A stretch of DNA of 64,000 nt, taken from NCBI RefSeq assembly GCF_003918875.1, contig NW_025766966.1, positions 744,001-808,000 on the forward strand. Direction: 5' to 3'. A model generated the notes under the pieces. The model searched no databases. It had not been told where the DNA came from and saw nothing but the letters and a program-made list of their open reading frames with translations. A program made the position numbers and the translations under genes. The stretch is from Haliotis rubra (lineage: Eukaryota). This document shows positions 51,547 to 64,000 of the stretch, one piece after another. Numbering within the stretch: the first letter of the stretch is position 1; each line of letters starts with the position of its first letter.

Positions 51547-54500
51547 CAGCTGACGATACAGCACGGACATAGTTTGTTCCCATACTTTTCGTTGGCGTCA
51601 AACACCAAACATAATATCTAATGGGCATATTCAAATGGCGAGTGAATTGTGCACCTTGGCGTTTCTGAGCGCCATTGCGTCTACACCCAAGATGTACTTC
51701 CGGAGTTTACTTGTGTTCAGTGATTTGTTTTGTTTTAAGATTTGCGAATGGACGGGGTGAAGAAATGACGCCGAAAAGTTTTGGGAAGTTAACATCCATT
51801 TGTGTTGGCAAACTAATCCACATATCGTTTCATTTCATTTCATCCGGGTCATAGAACTCACAATTCAGGGTTTGTCGAATCCTGACGGAGCGATGTTTTG
51901 GGTATAACACCTTAACGTGGGATTCGAACCAATGTCAGAATTCTGGACATGCCAAAGGGACGTAATTCTTCACGTGGAATGGCGGCGCCTTAGATGACAG
52001 GGTCTATGGTGGCCCCTTTCATCTAAGGATGTTCTCTGTAATTTATTTAAAGCATTATCATTATTCGGTCACACCCATTACAGTAATTATCACAGTGTGT
52101 ATGAGTTTCAGAGTAACACCGCACGTTGTCATTTATATTGCAGATCAGGCGAAGACTGGCATTCCTTGAGACGAGTGATCGACAAACACATGATGAAGAT
52201 CAAGACGGTGGAGTCCTACACCGGAGAGTTTAACAAGGTTGTTGTAGAGTTCTTGGACCGAGTAAGCAGGATTCGAACCTCGGACAATGAGTTGCCTGCC
52301 TTGGGCCTGGAGCTGTTCAACTGGTCTCTGGAATGTAAGTGTCTGTACAGAGGTGTTCTGAGGAATATAAATGTGTTCTGGAGTACGTGTGTTCTGGACG
52401 TGTGGTTAAGTTTGCAAATACATATGATTCTAAAGAATGTGAGTGAGTGAGTTTAGTTTTACGCCACTTTTTGCAATATTCCAGTAATTTCACCAGGGGG
52501 ACACCAGAAAAGGGCTACACACATTGTACCCATGTAAGGAATCGAACCCGGGTCTTCGGCGTGACGAGCGAACGCTTTAACCACTAAGCTACCTGTGGCA
52601 CGGTTCACTGCCAAATATGTGTCTACAAGTGTACATTGACTGCTTTGGAGAAAACGAAAAACGAGTTAATTAAGAGGGATTGAACCACAGATTTCCCAAT
52701 TCCACTGAACGTCTCTCCCATTGGCGATTCAGCCCAGAGCAAGGTCTTAATATAGATAGCGTGTCGATTTCCTAAGATGTTCGTTGATACTTTAAAGAAC
52801 ACCACGCTTGTCTCCGGGAAATTGGCCAGATCAGGATGTGTGCATGAATGCTTGAAGCTCATATTCCAGTTGTGGAATGTTTCCAAAAGAGTCATGCAGT
52901 AACATTCACTGACATTACTTACGTTTGATCCTGCACCTGGTATATAGGAAGTAATACTTACATTGGCACAAAAGATCATTTAAAACTACCCGGGTAGCTT
53001 ATGTTTAATGCTTCAATTATTTTGCGAGAAAAAGCAAAAGGTCCTATCCCTTAATTCATGTTCACCATTTACTACACCTTACATTAGCTAGTTCGCCTGT
53101 CATTAGACGCGAGGGTACATTGATGACCTTATAACACATCGTCCACAGCCATCGCCCGTATCCTGTACGAGAAGAGACTCGGGTGTCTGTCGGACGACAG
53201 GAGCGAGGACACCCAGGTGTTCATCCAGAGCTCCCATGACATCTTTGAGACAACCAGGAAGATAATCTTCCTTACACCGAGAGCAGCCCGGATCTTGAGG
53301 CCGTTCGCCTACAGGAAGCATATATCTGCCTGGGATGAAGGTTTCCGTGTTGGTAGGTCGTCGGTATCGCATGCTTCAGTTCTATAGTCTAGACAAACAA
53401 ATGTCCCGATTTTACAGCCTATTGTCAAATCACTGCCATTTGTACAGACATATACTACCCATCAAAAGTTTAGACTCACTAGTGTAAATGTAGCCACTTA
53501 CTTCAGTCAACTGTTCTAAACTAGATTTTGCAAAATATTCCATACTGTTTAAAGGTACTGTTTACAATAACTGATGTATTGTAAAACAAATTCGTAACGT
53601 TGAAAAGATTATTGTCAATAAATGATGAAACTCAGTGAAAATCGGCGAATCCTTAACAAAACTTTACACCAAAACGCAGCTGTTCACATGCACGACATTT
53701 GCACATGCTTTTCAACAATTTGATGGATGATCCTCATGCAATTCACCTGCATAAGGTTTGCAGTTGGTTCCTCCAAGTTAGGGAAAAAAATTCATCTTCG
53801 ATGTAACCACATATATATGCATAACATATAGTGAATGCTTTAAGTGAGTCTAAACTTTTGATGGGTGGTATATTACTCTGTGTCTTGTTGCAAGGCAGGA
53901 TTGTTTGGGTTGCTCATGAATTTTGTGCACACATTATCTCTGCTTCTAACTGCGCAAGGCAGGTTGGATTGTTAATGTTTTGGGATGTGTACAATTCAAA
54001 GCAAAATTTACAGGTAAAGTCTTTTCATCAAAATATGCATTGTCGTGCCCTGGATAAGATGATTTGTGACCCTTTGTGTCAAGTTCGAACATATTAGCGT
54101 CAAAAGACACAAGTCCATGATGTTGTGAGGCTGGAGAAGGAATGGAGAGAAAGTGGGTATTGTTTATCCACATTGTTGTGTTGGTAATGGCAGTGCCAGA
54201 CCACAAGGCACGCGTTTACTTTCTGATTCTTGTTTATTAAAAGTCCCTAGGTGTTTCGTGTGTGTCTTTTTAGCGCACAAGACCATAGACGAAAGAATCA
54301 GGGAGATACGAGAGACGAAGGAGGAAGGAGAACACGTGGGATTTATCACTCACTTCCTGAACGAGGACAGCATGTCTCTGAAGGACGTGTACGCCAACAT
54401 CTCAGAACTCATGGGGGCAGCCGTAGACACGGTGAGTTAGTGAGTGAAAACTCTGAACTTCCGGGGCAGCTCAACAAGCACTTATTACATGAGCTCCACC

Positions 54501-57500
54501 CCGGAACTCAAGAAAGCCACTTCAGCTTACGCCGTGGCCTGTTTGTCTTTTGACATGGGTCGCAAACATCTTCTCCTCAGATTCCTCTGGACCCGTGAAG
54601 ACCCGTAGAATTGGTCTTCAGCAACCCATGCTTGTCGTAAGAGGCGACTAATGGTATCGGATGGTCAGTCTCGCTGATTTGGTTGACACACGCCATCGTA
54701 ACCCAGTCGCGTAGATCGATGCTCATGCTGTTGATCACAGGACTGTCTGGTCCACACGAATATTTACAAAATGCCGCCAAAATGAAGCTAAAACGTCAAA
54801 TACATCCTCCCACCAATGATGACGCCCAAATTTTTCATGAATTTTGAGTTCGGTTTTTGTTATAGCCACCAGGACAGGAATGAGTTGTACATTAACAGTG
54901 TTTACATTGTCGACATTAAATACTCTTGACTCTAAATCAGATCAGCAAACGCACTGTTGCACAATTTTGGAATTTGGTTCTTTACAGACATCAAACACCG
55001 CGCAGATGGTGTTGTATGAGTTGTCGAGAAACCCACATGTACAGGACGCCATCTATGAAGAAATCTCACGAGTTGTTCCCCCTGGCGAGCAGCCAACAGC
55101 TGATCATCTGAAGGAGATGCATTACATCAAGGCGGTCATTAAGGAGACGCTCAGGTACACGCTAATGACGATATAGCTGTCTCTTATAAATCAGTAAAAG
55201 CACTGTGGAGCTGATGTATGAGAGCACAAGACCTCCATGTGTTATTTTCAAAACTGAATGAGTGCTTATTTCGATGCCACTGATTTTATCACTATTATCA
55301 GCAAACCTTCCTATTTGAAAAGACCCGTGAAGATCTGGGTTAGAATTGGTCTTCAGTAACCCATGCTTGTCGTAAGAGACGGCTAGCGGAATCGGGTGGT
55401 CATGCTCGCTGACTTGGTTGACACATGTCATCGTATCCCAATTGCGTAGATCGATGTTCATGATGTTGATCACTGGATTGTCTGGTCCAGGCTCGATTAT
55501 TTACAGACCACCGTCATATAGCTGGAATATTGTTGAGTACGGGGTAAATCTAGACTCACTCACTCACTCGTATTAGAAAACATCAGTTTGAAGGAATTAT
55601 TTCGATGTTAAAATTTAATTATATAGAGAAAAATAAGAAATAGCCTATAGAATGGTGTATATAAAAAAGGTTTATCTCTTATATATGCGTAAAGGGACTT
55701 TCCATTAATTTAACAAATATTTTGGCTCCGGTTTTATCAAAGAAAGGTAACTGTTCACTGAACATGCCGGATGTCCTTTGTTCCTCATTTAGTACAATAA
55801 CATGTATTTATTTCTCTTGACCTTGATACCCGTCTTCCAGGATGTACCCTTGTCGTTAGTTCCGTATTTTACTTTAAATTGAAGATTGATTTGTATGGAA
55901 TACTGGAAAGGAGACGGATCTTCGTCGTCTGTTAGTTTTAGATTTATCCAAACTTACCCTAGACTTCGAGTGAAGCGGACCTTGGACTTCGGAGTTGAAG
56001 ATGTTTAAGACATTCTGCTATGTGTATGCCATTTGACACTGCAGGCTGTGTCTCACCGGAACCTCTGCCATGTATCTGCACAGTGTTTTAACACTTGCCT
56101 TGTTGTTGATTAGGTTGTACCCGACCGGAAGTGTAGTGATCCGAATCCTACAACAGGACGCTGTGCTACTGGGTTATCAGGTGCCAAAGGATGTAAGTAG
56201 GATATCTACTGTAATTAGGATATCTACTGTAAGTTCGTTAAATCGAAACTCATTGATCGGTATAATCACCATTGATTATAATTAACCACTGATCTGCATG
56301 ACCATTGATCTGTATAATAATCAATGGTTATTATACAGATCAATGGTTAAGTATAATCAATGGTTACTATACAGATCAATGGTTAAGTATAATCAATGGT
56401 TATTATACAGATCAATGGTTATGTATAATCAATGGCTAAGTATAATCAATGGTTATACAGATCAGTAAAGTATAATCAGATCAATGGTTAAGTATAATCA
56501 ATGGTTATTATACAGATCAATGGTTAAGTATAATCAATGGTTATATCAGAGTATCAATGGTTATTATACAGATCAATGGTTATATAATCAATGGTTCAAT
56601 GGTTATATTAAGTATAATCAGATGGTTATATACAGATCAATGGTTATTATATCAATGTTAAGTATAATCAATGGTTATTATACAGATCATCAGATCAATG
56701 GCTATATAATCAATGGTTATTTATTAAGCAGATCAATGGCTACAGATCATAATCAATACAGATCAATGGTTAAGTATAAATCAATGGTTATTCATACAGA
56801 TCAATGGTTAAGTATAATCAATAGTTATACTTATCAATGGATTAATGCATAACTCAATGATCTGTATAATAACCATTGATTTATATAACCTATCGATCTG
56901 TATAATAACCATTGATAAGCATAATAACCATTGATAATCATTGATCTGTATAATTATCCAAATGCACTCTTCTTCGATTCAATCACAGTACATCTTATGT
57001 TCTGCATATAATGATAGCGTTCGGGACAGTTTAATCTATGCAGTTCGATTGGAGGATATCAGAGTGGATTTTATTCATTTTGACAGACTATGGTATGGGT
57101 TGACCTCTACGGCTTCGGCCGTCTAGGACGTCACTACGAGGACCCCAACACATTCCTCCCTGAACGCTGGCTCCGAGCTACCAGAACAGTTAGCCCACAT
57201 CCTTTTTCCTTTCTGCCGTTTGGATTCGGTCCTCGAATGTGTGTCGGTAGGTAATACTCTCTCTTTCTCGAATTGACTCTTCAAGGGTGACAGTAAACAT
57301 GCTCACTGACTGATTTCGTGAGATGTCAACACTCCCTGCACATCGTTTCAAAACACATCATTACTGCTGGCTTCGTAATTATTTCGGCAGGTGTCGGTAC
57401 TACATGCACGTGGACTATTTCGGCAGGTGTCGGTACCACATGCACGTGGACTATTTCGGCAGGTGTCAGTATAACCTGCATGTGATTTTTTTGGGTAGAT

Positions 57501-57913
57501 GGTCTTTGAGTATATCAGTGTAGTACAAATTTATAACCTTGTAGTTCTGTTACAGGTCGGCGAGTAGCAGAGTTGGAGATCCAGCTGCTGATATCCCAGG
57601 TGAGTTGGGAGACTGAGCGCCTTCTTGTGTTCAATACAGAACTAATCATGTTATGATGAAATGCCAGTAAGAGTGCAAGTGGAACCATTCTCACCTGAAG
57701 CAACTCTTTAGCTCACATGTACCTATCTTACATTCAAGATGTGTGTGTTGAATACCTATACCACAACAAACCCTAATCTTAAAGTCATTTGTGTTTCAGA
57801 TTGTGCGCAAATTCAAGATAGAGCCCGTGTCTATGGAACCAGTCGAAATGAAGACTGACCTCCTACTATTGGCCAAAGATCAAGTCAGAATCCGTCTACA
57901 CGAGAGAGACTAG
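48877..57913 (+). CDS. Mitochondrial-clan cytochrome P450, paralog 3 (~508 aa)
   Basis: Exons 48877-49286, 52144-52334, 53149-53352, 54274-54431, 54988-55154, 56114-56192, 57087-57246, 57556-57599, 57800-57913. Motifs PFSALPGP, GAAVDTTS, KETLR, PERW, FGFGPRMCVGRR. AATAAA at ~58326. Confidence 0.92.
49465..50730. mobile_element. Non-autonomous Kolobok-type DNA transposon (1266 bp) in P450-3 intron 1
   Basis: Perfect 14-bp TIR aggtcacatgcaac / gttgcatgtgacct with a TTAA TSD on both sides. AG termini distinguish it from piggyBac CCY termini. Confidence 0.85.
51041..51330 (+). repeat. 37-bp tandem repeat (~8 copies) made from the 5' module of a SINE-B; the rest of the SINE and an (AAC)n tail follow to ~51545
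   Basis: Unit ccgtg(a/g)agatccggggtagaataggtctgcagcaac. Confidence 0.92.
56270..56955. repeat. 36-bp (20+16) AT-rich minisatellite with inverted copies at both ends, in P450-3 intron 6
   Basis: Unit aatcaatggttattatacagatcaatggttaagtat. Reverse-complement units occur at ~56270-56318 and ~56855-56955. Confidence 0.88.
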
Positions 57914-58548
57914 ACTCAAATTCGCCTTGGAAATACGAACTCATTGCAGTCTGATGTAGCCACCTGCATTGTGTGTGGGGATATTTTAGAAACGCCATCG
58001 AAAAAAACTATATACGAGATCAAACGTCACGAGTAATAAGTTTGTTGTGTTATTGTATTGTTAGGAACAATTAATAAGATCGAAACTGTTATTGTTGAGT
58101 TAGGCGCCGTTGACATAAAATACATCGTTGCATCACGTGTACATTGAGGGCTAGTATTCTATTTCCCTCTGTTATCCATGTACAGTTTCTTATATTCACC
58201 AAGGACCAATAGGTTTTCTTAATATAGGTGTTCAGTGGGTGTATATATACATATGTGGTGTTAAACACTTGCCTACCTCAGCTGGGACACAACTCCATTG
58301 TATGTATTAACGTTTTTATAATCACAATAAATTCATTCATGCAACACTGACTTGTGACGTCACCATAAATTGTGCAATGACACAAAATGCCTCAGTGTAA
58401 GCAGGGTTGGGGTTCTAATCCAGTCAACATTCCGTATCTTGATGACTACAGATACTCTCATGGGGCGTTGCTCACTTTGTCACAATAAATTAATTTTATC
58501 CCTTATATACACTTCGAATGATGTTGGGGACGCCATTCTTCTATACTA

Positions 58549-59973
58549 TACTGCACCACAAAAGAAATGTCGCACTGATAGGGTTTCTTAAAGCACACAC
58601 TTTAATTCACTCTAATTAACAATCAAATAGGAGGACTGAGTTTAAACTTGACAATTATGGTTAACACATTTTCGGGAATCACATTTAGAGTTCACACAAA
58701 CAAATCACCAAAAATGGTACCATTAAGATACCTCAAAGTCAGTATCGTGTGTGGCCTCTATGGGCATTGGTGAAATCGTTGCATCGTCTGTACATGGAAT
58801 GAATTAGCCGGTCGATGAAGGCCATAGGCACTTGGGTCCATACTCTGCGAAGTCCAGCCACAGTTGTCGGCCTTGGTTGGAGGCCATTCAGTCTTCTTTG
58901 AATCTCGTCCCAAAGGTGTTCTGACTGGACTTAAATTCGGAATGAGTGCAGGCTATTGTAGGGTTTGGATGCCATGTTGTCTTAGGAGGTCCAATGTTGC
59001 TCTGGCAGTGTGGGCACGACCGTTGTCTTGCTGGAAGATGTGATTTCTGTAACGTCCAAAATGTGGTACAACGTGGGGTCTTATGATTTAATCAATATAG
59101 CGAGCAGCTGTCATGTCATTGCCTCATCCTGGATTCTGGAACACCGCGGTGTCAACTAACTGTTCAGACCGATTGCACCCCACACCATGATGCTTGGACT
59201 ACCCCACAAGTCTCTTTCAACAATACACTCATTGGAAAACATTTCACCACGCCCTCGCCTTACTCTCACTCTGCCATCGACTGTCGAAACACAATATCGG
59301 CTTTCATGAGATTGTTCTCCATTGTCGATAACCTCAATTTCGATGCTGAGTTGCCCATTTTGGTCGGTTTGGGCGGTGATGAGCGGTGAGGAAAGGACTA
59401 CGATATGATCTGTGACAGCAGAGGTTTCTTCCGTTTTGGTCTGGCGTGCTGTTTCCGTTGCTTTTGGGAAGCGATCCTGCAGATGGTTGCGCACAGCCTG
59501 TCATTCTTGACGTTGTGATGTTACTGAAGGTCGCCCACTGCGTTGACGGTCCTGAATGCTCTTAGTGACCTGATACCACTCCTGCTGTCCTAACATGAAC
59601 ATTAAAATGATTGGCTACCCTCTGATCTCCTTGGTTCCTCTGATCTCTCGTAAGACGTGCCATGGTGGTTATGTCAAAACAAAAATGATTTAGGCGAGCT
59701 TGGGACCCGCTTTCATTGGTAGGGTTGTCACGACATGCACGTGCATTTTCATTTTCACGAATGTCATACGGAACCTTCTACCATGTCTGCCTCTTTCGGT
59801 GCGTTTGGTCGATATGCGTTTTCATCAGAAAACACACTGATGTTGGTAAAAACTGTCAATTTGGATTGCAAAACATGTTAAGAAAACGGTACAAACATAA
59901 TAAAAACACCACCTTGCAAGAACAAAATTTTGCATGTGGTTTTGCAAAGCGACGTTTCTTTTGTGGTTCAGTA
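58549..59973 (-). mobile_element. Tc1/mariner element, decayed transposase
   Basis: 25-bp TIR tactg(c/a)accacaaaagaaa(t/c)gtcgc with TA on the left flank. Minus-strand fragments ESRYC..DGRVRV..SIMVWGAI and FQQDNGRAH. Confidence 0.88.
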
Positions 59974-60132
59974 AATTATAATCTGCATGATGGACGCCAT
60001 TCATCTTGAAATTAGAACAACTAACCTGCATGATAAGTATATCTGATCACAACAGATAAAACTATGGACACTACAACATTTGCTTTTATAACTGCCTACC
60101 TCCAGCAATGGCCTGGTCTTGGAGTTCTGTTA

Positions 60133-61667
60133 TACACGTCCAAAAGAAACTTGATACCTGACAAAATACTGACTGTGTGCAGAATATCAGTCCCATGGCA
60201 CTAAAACCTTTTGTAATATGAAGATAAATATGTTAACAAGCAGTTTACAAAATTTAGTTAAGTTTTATTGAACATTAAATTATGTCATGACGTGCCGTTT
60301 ATAGAAGGGGTGAAATTTGAAATTTACATATCTAAAAGATAAAGACTTTAAAAGTTATGAAGACTTACAGAGTAGTAAAAAAGCATTGTCAATAACGGAT
60401 GTGTCCTTTGGCCTGGATGCATGCAAACACACGTCTGCGCACTGATGACGTCAGCCGTCTGATGACGTTGTTGGGGATTCTCTGCCACTCCTACCTCAAC
60501 GCTTGTTTCAACTGTGAACGTGTTTGTGGAGGTGGTTGTCGTTGTCTGATACGGCGATCGAGGTGGCTCCAGAGGTGCACGATCGGTGACATATCAATAG
60601 ACCTAGGGGGCCAGGGTAGAACGTTGACGTTGCGATTAAGAAAGTCCTGTACAACTCTAGCAACGTGGGACCTGACGTTGTCATGTTGGAAGAGAGTCCT
60701 TCGCTGCTGTTGCTGCAGGAACGGGAGAACTTCCGGCCTCAAAACCTGGTCGATGTAGCGTTGACCAGTCAGTGTCTCGTGAAACACAAGTGTAGTGGTC
60801 CGGTCTCCAATAATGCTTCCCCAGATCATCACACTCCCTCCACCGAAAGGCCCCGTCTCCTGAATGCAACAAGGAGCCATTCGTTCGCCCACTCTCCGGT
60901 AAACTCGTGTCCTTCCGTCATTATGGAACAGAGAGAACTTGCTCTCGTCAGAAAAGAGTACTTTTTGCCAGTCATGTATCTGCCAGCGTCGTACTTGACG
61001 TGCCCACTGTAATCTCTGCTGGCGATGTCTAAGTGTCAGGAAAGTTCCTCTGTACGGTCCGTAGTTCCTAATCGCTAATGGCGTAGGGACGAAGAAGTCT
61101 GGCCACTGTCTGTCGACTGTGGCGGCGAGCCAATGCCGTTGTTGCCGTTGACATTGCCGCCAGGAAGCGTTTACATTGGTTGAGATTACGGATGTTCCGG
61201 TCTTCCTGTGCCGTTGTGATGCGGAGTCTCCATGATCTGGGCCGGTCTCTTGTCTGGCCAGTCTGTTGGAACCGCTGGATGAGGTGGGATATGGTCGTAG
61301 TAGAGCAACCGAAGGTTCTTGCAACGTGACCACGAGAAGCGCCCATTTGGATCATACCGATGGCTCGTTCACGCTGTTCTGCTGTCAGTCTGGACATTCT
61401 CGCTGTGGTTTTCCAATGACACTGATGACAGCGGGTCATATGGAGGCATTTTATACTAAATATTGCACGTGCGGTTCGTGCAGCTGCGAGAAAACCGATT
61501 TTACAACAACCTTGCCTATGAACCATGATTTGGAAATGTTGCGTTCCCGCTATACATTTCAAGTCACTATGAACACGGGAGAACTCGGGACATGGTATTT
61601 TGCAATATTAAAATAACATTTTCTTTAGAGCGAAAATAATAGGCGTCAAGTTTCTTTTGGACGTGGA
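60133..61667 (-). mobile_element. Tc1 element with near full-length, frameshifted transposase (61397 to ~60389)
   Basis: TIR t(a/c)cacgtccaaaagaaacttga with TA TSDs. MSRLTAEQRERAIGM HTH start, VLFSDESKF, FQHDNVRSH and WPPRSIDMSPIVHLW (catalytic E replaced by V). A frameshift and an internal stop are present. Confidence 0.92.
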
Positions 61668-62659
61668 TATATACTATTAAGTTGTGTTTTTGATCATGAA
61701 TTGGCATGACGTAGACCTGAAAGGTCGTGACAACAGTCGGGAATTGATTATACATAAATCATAATCAATAAACAGGCACTCGTCCCACGCCTGGGGTGAA
61801 TAACTGTGGCTTTTCTATAACTGCTCTTGTTGTAACCTATTCCAAAGTTCACCAGCTTCTGGTGCACATTCGTAGCGAAACACCATGATAACTACATGGA
61901 TATATAGCCACTGTGTGCATATAATAGGCAAGTCTAGATCAGCGATTTATACATCTAAGGACGTTTGTCTTTTATAGACATAACGTGTTCGAAACATAAT
62001 CTATTTTTTTTCAACTTAAACTGAGAGCCCCGGAGATTGGTGCAAGTCAAGCACTTTCCCAATACCCATGTCGTTTAAGGTTGCAGTCACCCAGTGAGTT
62101 AAACCTAACTTGTCCTACATTGACTAATATGGCCAGAACGTCCACGGATGCTTCTATTTTTAGTGTCCGTGGCTATGACAAGCATGTTGTCACGAGTCGT
62201 GTTGATCACTGTCTGATCGGCCATATCTGCTTGGGACCAGGCTGCGTGTCATCGTGTCTCGCCGGAATTACCTCCTTTTATTGTTGCGCAAACATACAAG
62301 ACACAAGCTAAATTGGTGAAAAATAGAAGACTTTACTACCAGCAGCTATAACACAGGCACAACCACACGATCTTTCTCATGTCACTGAAGCAAACACTAA
62401 CGTGTTAACTAAATAGGCACAATCACCGAAGTGACAGCACGATTAGACACTAAACACTTAAAGCCTGCTATATACCCTGAAAACCAATATATATTGTGAA
62501 TAAGATACAAGTATTGAAGTAATACAACTTACAAAACATCTTACAGAAGATTAAACAAGCCAATTCTGACTGGAAATGAAGTTAACTTGAGTATGGATTT
62601 AGTAACACATATGGCATGCGTATCAGAGCCAACTGTTGTAACTAGCAAACACATGTACA

Positions 62660-62905
62660 CAGGGTGGGTTCCCGAAGAAGGTCGCCCGAAGATGGTTGTG
62701 GGTGGGTGCCCGGAGTAGGCGGTTGGTGAATGGGTGCCTGACGAAGATGATTGGTGGATGAGTGCCCGAAGTTGCTTTGTGGGTGAGTGCTAGAAAGTGG
62801 TTTGTGGGTGGGTGCCCGAAGGCGGTTGGTGGATGGGTGCCCGACGAAGATTATTGGTGGGTGGATGCCCGAAGGTGTTTTGTGGGTGAGTGTGTGGGTG
62901 GGTGG
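62660..62905. repeat. Degenerate G-rich ~26-30 bp tandem repeat (ggtgggtgcccgaag...)
   Basis: Recurrent gggtgcccgaag units. Confidence 0.7.
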
Positions 62906-63284
62906 ATGGGGAGGGGGAAGGTGATTGGTACGGGGGTGAGAGAAGATTCAAACCACCCGCCTTGCGGTCATGTAACAATGACTTTTGACATCACCAATTG
63001 TGCAATGACACATTCTATACCATAGAGTAAGCAAGGATGGGGTTCTAACTCAGTCGACAATTCCGTACCTTGATGACTACGGATCCTATCATTGGACTTG
63101 CTCATTACACCGATAACTGGTTCGTGATCCATGTTTGATTCTTTACATGGCGCCGTGGTGTAGTTGGAATTATGGGGACTATGATGTAAAACAACCAAAC
63201 AGAAGCTATATTTATGTTATATATTACTTCCTTGACTGTAGAGAGCGCATGGATGGATGGATACCCATGTAATAGAGTATCTTT

Positions 63285-63445
63285 GAGTGTTTCCTTACAA
63301 GAGGGGCGAGTGTTTCCTTACAAGAGGGGCGAGTGTTTCCTTACAAGAGGGGCGAGTGTTTCCTTACAAGAGGGGCGAGTGTTTCCTTACAAGAGGGGCG
63401 AGTGTTTCCTTACAAGAGGGGCGAGTGTTTCCTTACAAGAGGGGC
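63285..63445 (+). repeat. Perfect 23-bp tandem repeat x7 spanning the 5' junction of a SINE-A (SINE at 63441-63587)
   Basis: Unit gagtgtttccttacaagaggggc. The TSD tccttacaaga recurs at 63588-63598. Confidence 0.95.
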
Positions 63446-64000
63446 GGTGTGGTAGCCTAGTGGTTAAAGCGTTCGCTCATCACGCCCCACATGGGTACAA
63501 AGTGTGAAGCCCATTTCTGGTGTCTCCCGCCGTGATATTGCTGGAATATTGCTAAAAGCGGCGTAAAAAAAGAACTCACTCACTCACTCCTTACAAGAAC
63601 CCTCTCTGAATGACAATTGTAAATCTGGCATACCATCCCTTGCATGTTGTCCGAGGTCACATGCTTCATGACTGTCACGATGTTGTTTTTTCGAGCAGGA
63701 TTTCTTTGGGAATGATCTTGTCACATAAATCACTTCCTTTATTGCTAGGCATTGGTGTTCGTTCCTTTAAGTTTAACTAAAAATACACTGTTCTTTTTTG
63801 CATAGAACATTAGTATTTTAGTCGCCTTTTCTTAAATTGGATTTCAGTTGCAACAGGGCTGGTCCGTGTTTCACAAATTGATCGCTGTAACCCCTATACT
63901 TTACAGAGGTGATAGTCGTCTTCCGCAGAGCGCTTTGAGAAAGGTGTTGGAAGGGTTACGTTGAAGGGTTGAACAATTAAATAAAAGAAATGGTTCATGC

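Overview
Eukaryotic, intron-rich, AT-rich animal DNA. The SINE repertoire and gene types suggest a mollusc, probably a gastropod (inference). Genes in order: COMMD10 (minus strand, 7 exons seen, last exon off-window); GPN2 (plus strand, head-to-head with COMMD10); a divergent class A orphan GPCR (minus); and a tandem cluster of three 9-exon mitochondrial-clan cytochrome P450 genes with near-identical exon sizes. The middle P450 carries a +1 frameshift before the heme Cys. Mobile DNA: a decayed DIRS/Ngaro-type tyrosine-recombinase retrotransposon, four Tc1/mariner remnants, Kolobok-type TTAA elements, MITEs and three SINE families. The most unusual signals are four. (i) Minisatellites built from exon/intron junctions of the middle P450, one with a 41-nt unit that carries a donor, branch motif and acceptor. 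(ii) An ~800-bp exon5-intron5 transfer between P450 paralogs that left a decoy 3' splice site. (iii) A SINE family with no tRNA head whose fixed 5' end is a covarying hairpin/pseudoknot. (iv) Repeated minisatellite birth at SINE insertion junctions. All exon coordinates were derived by eye and may be off by a few bases.
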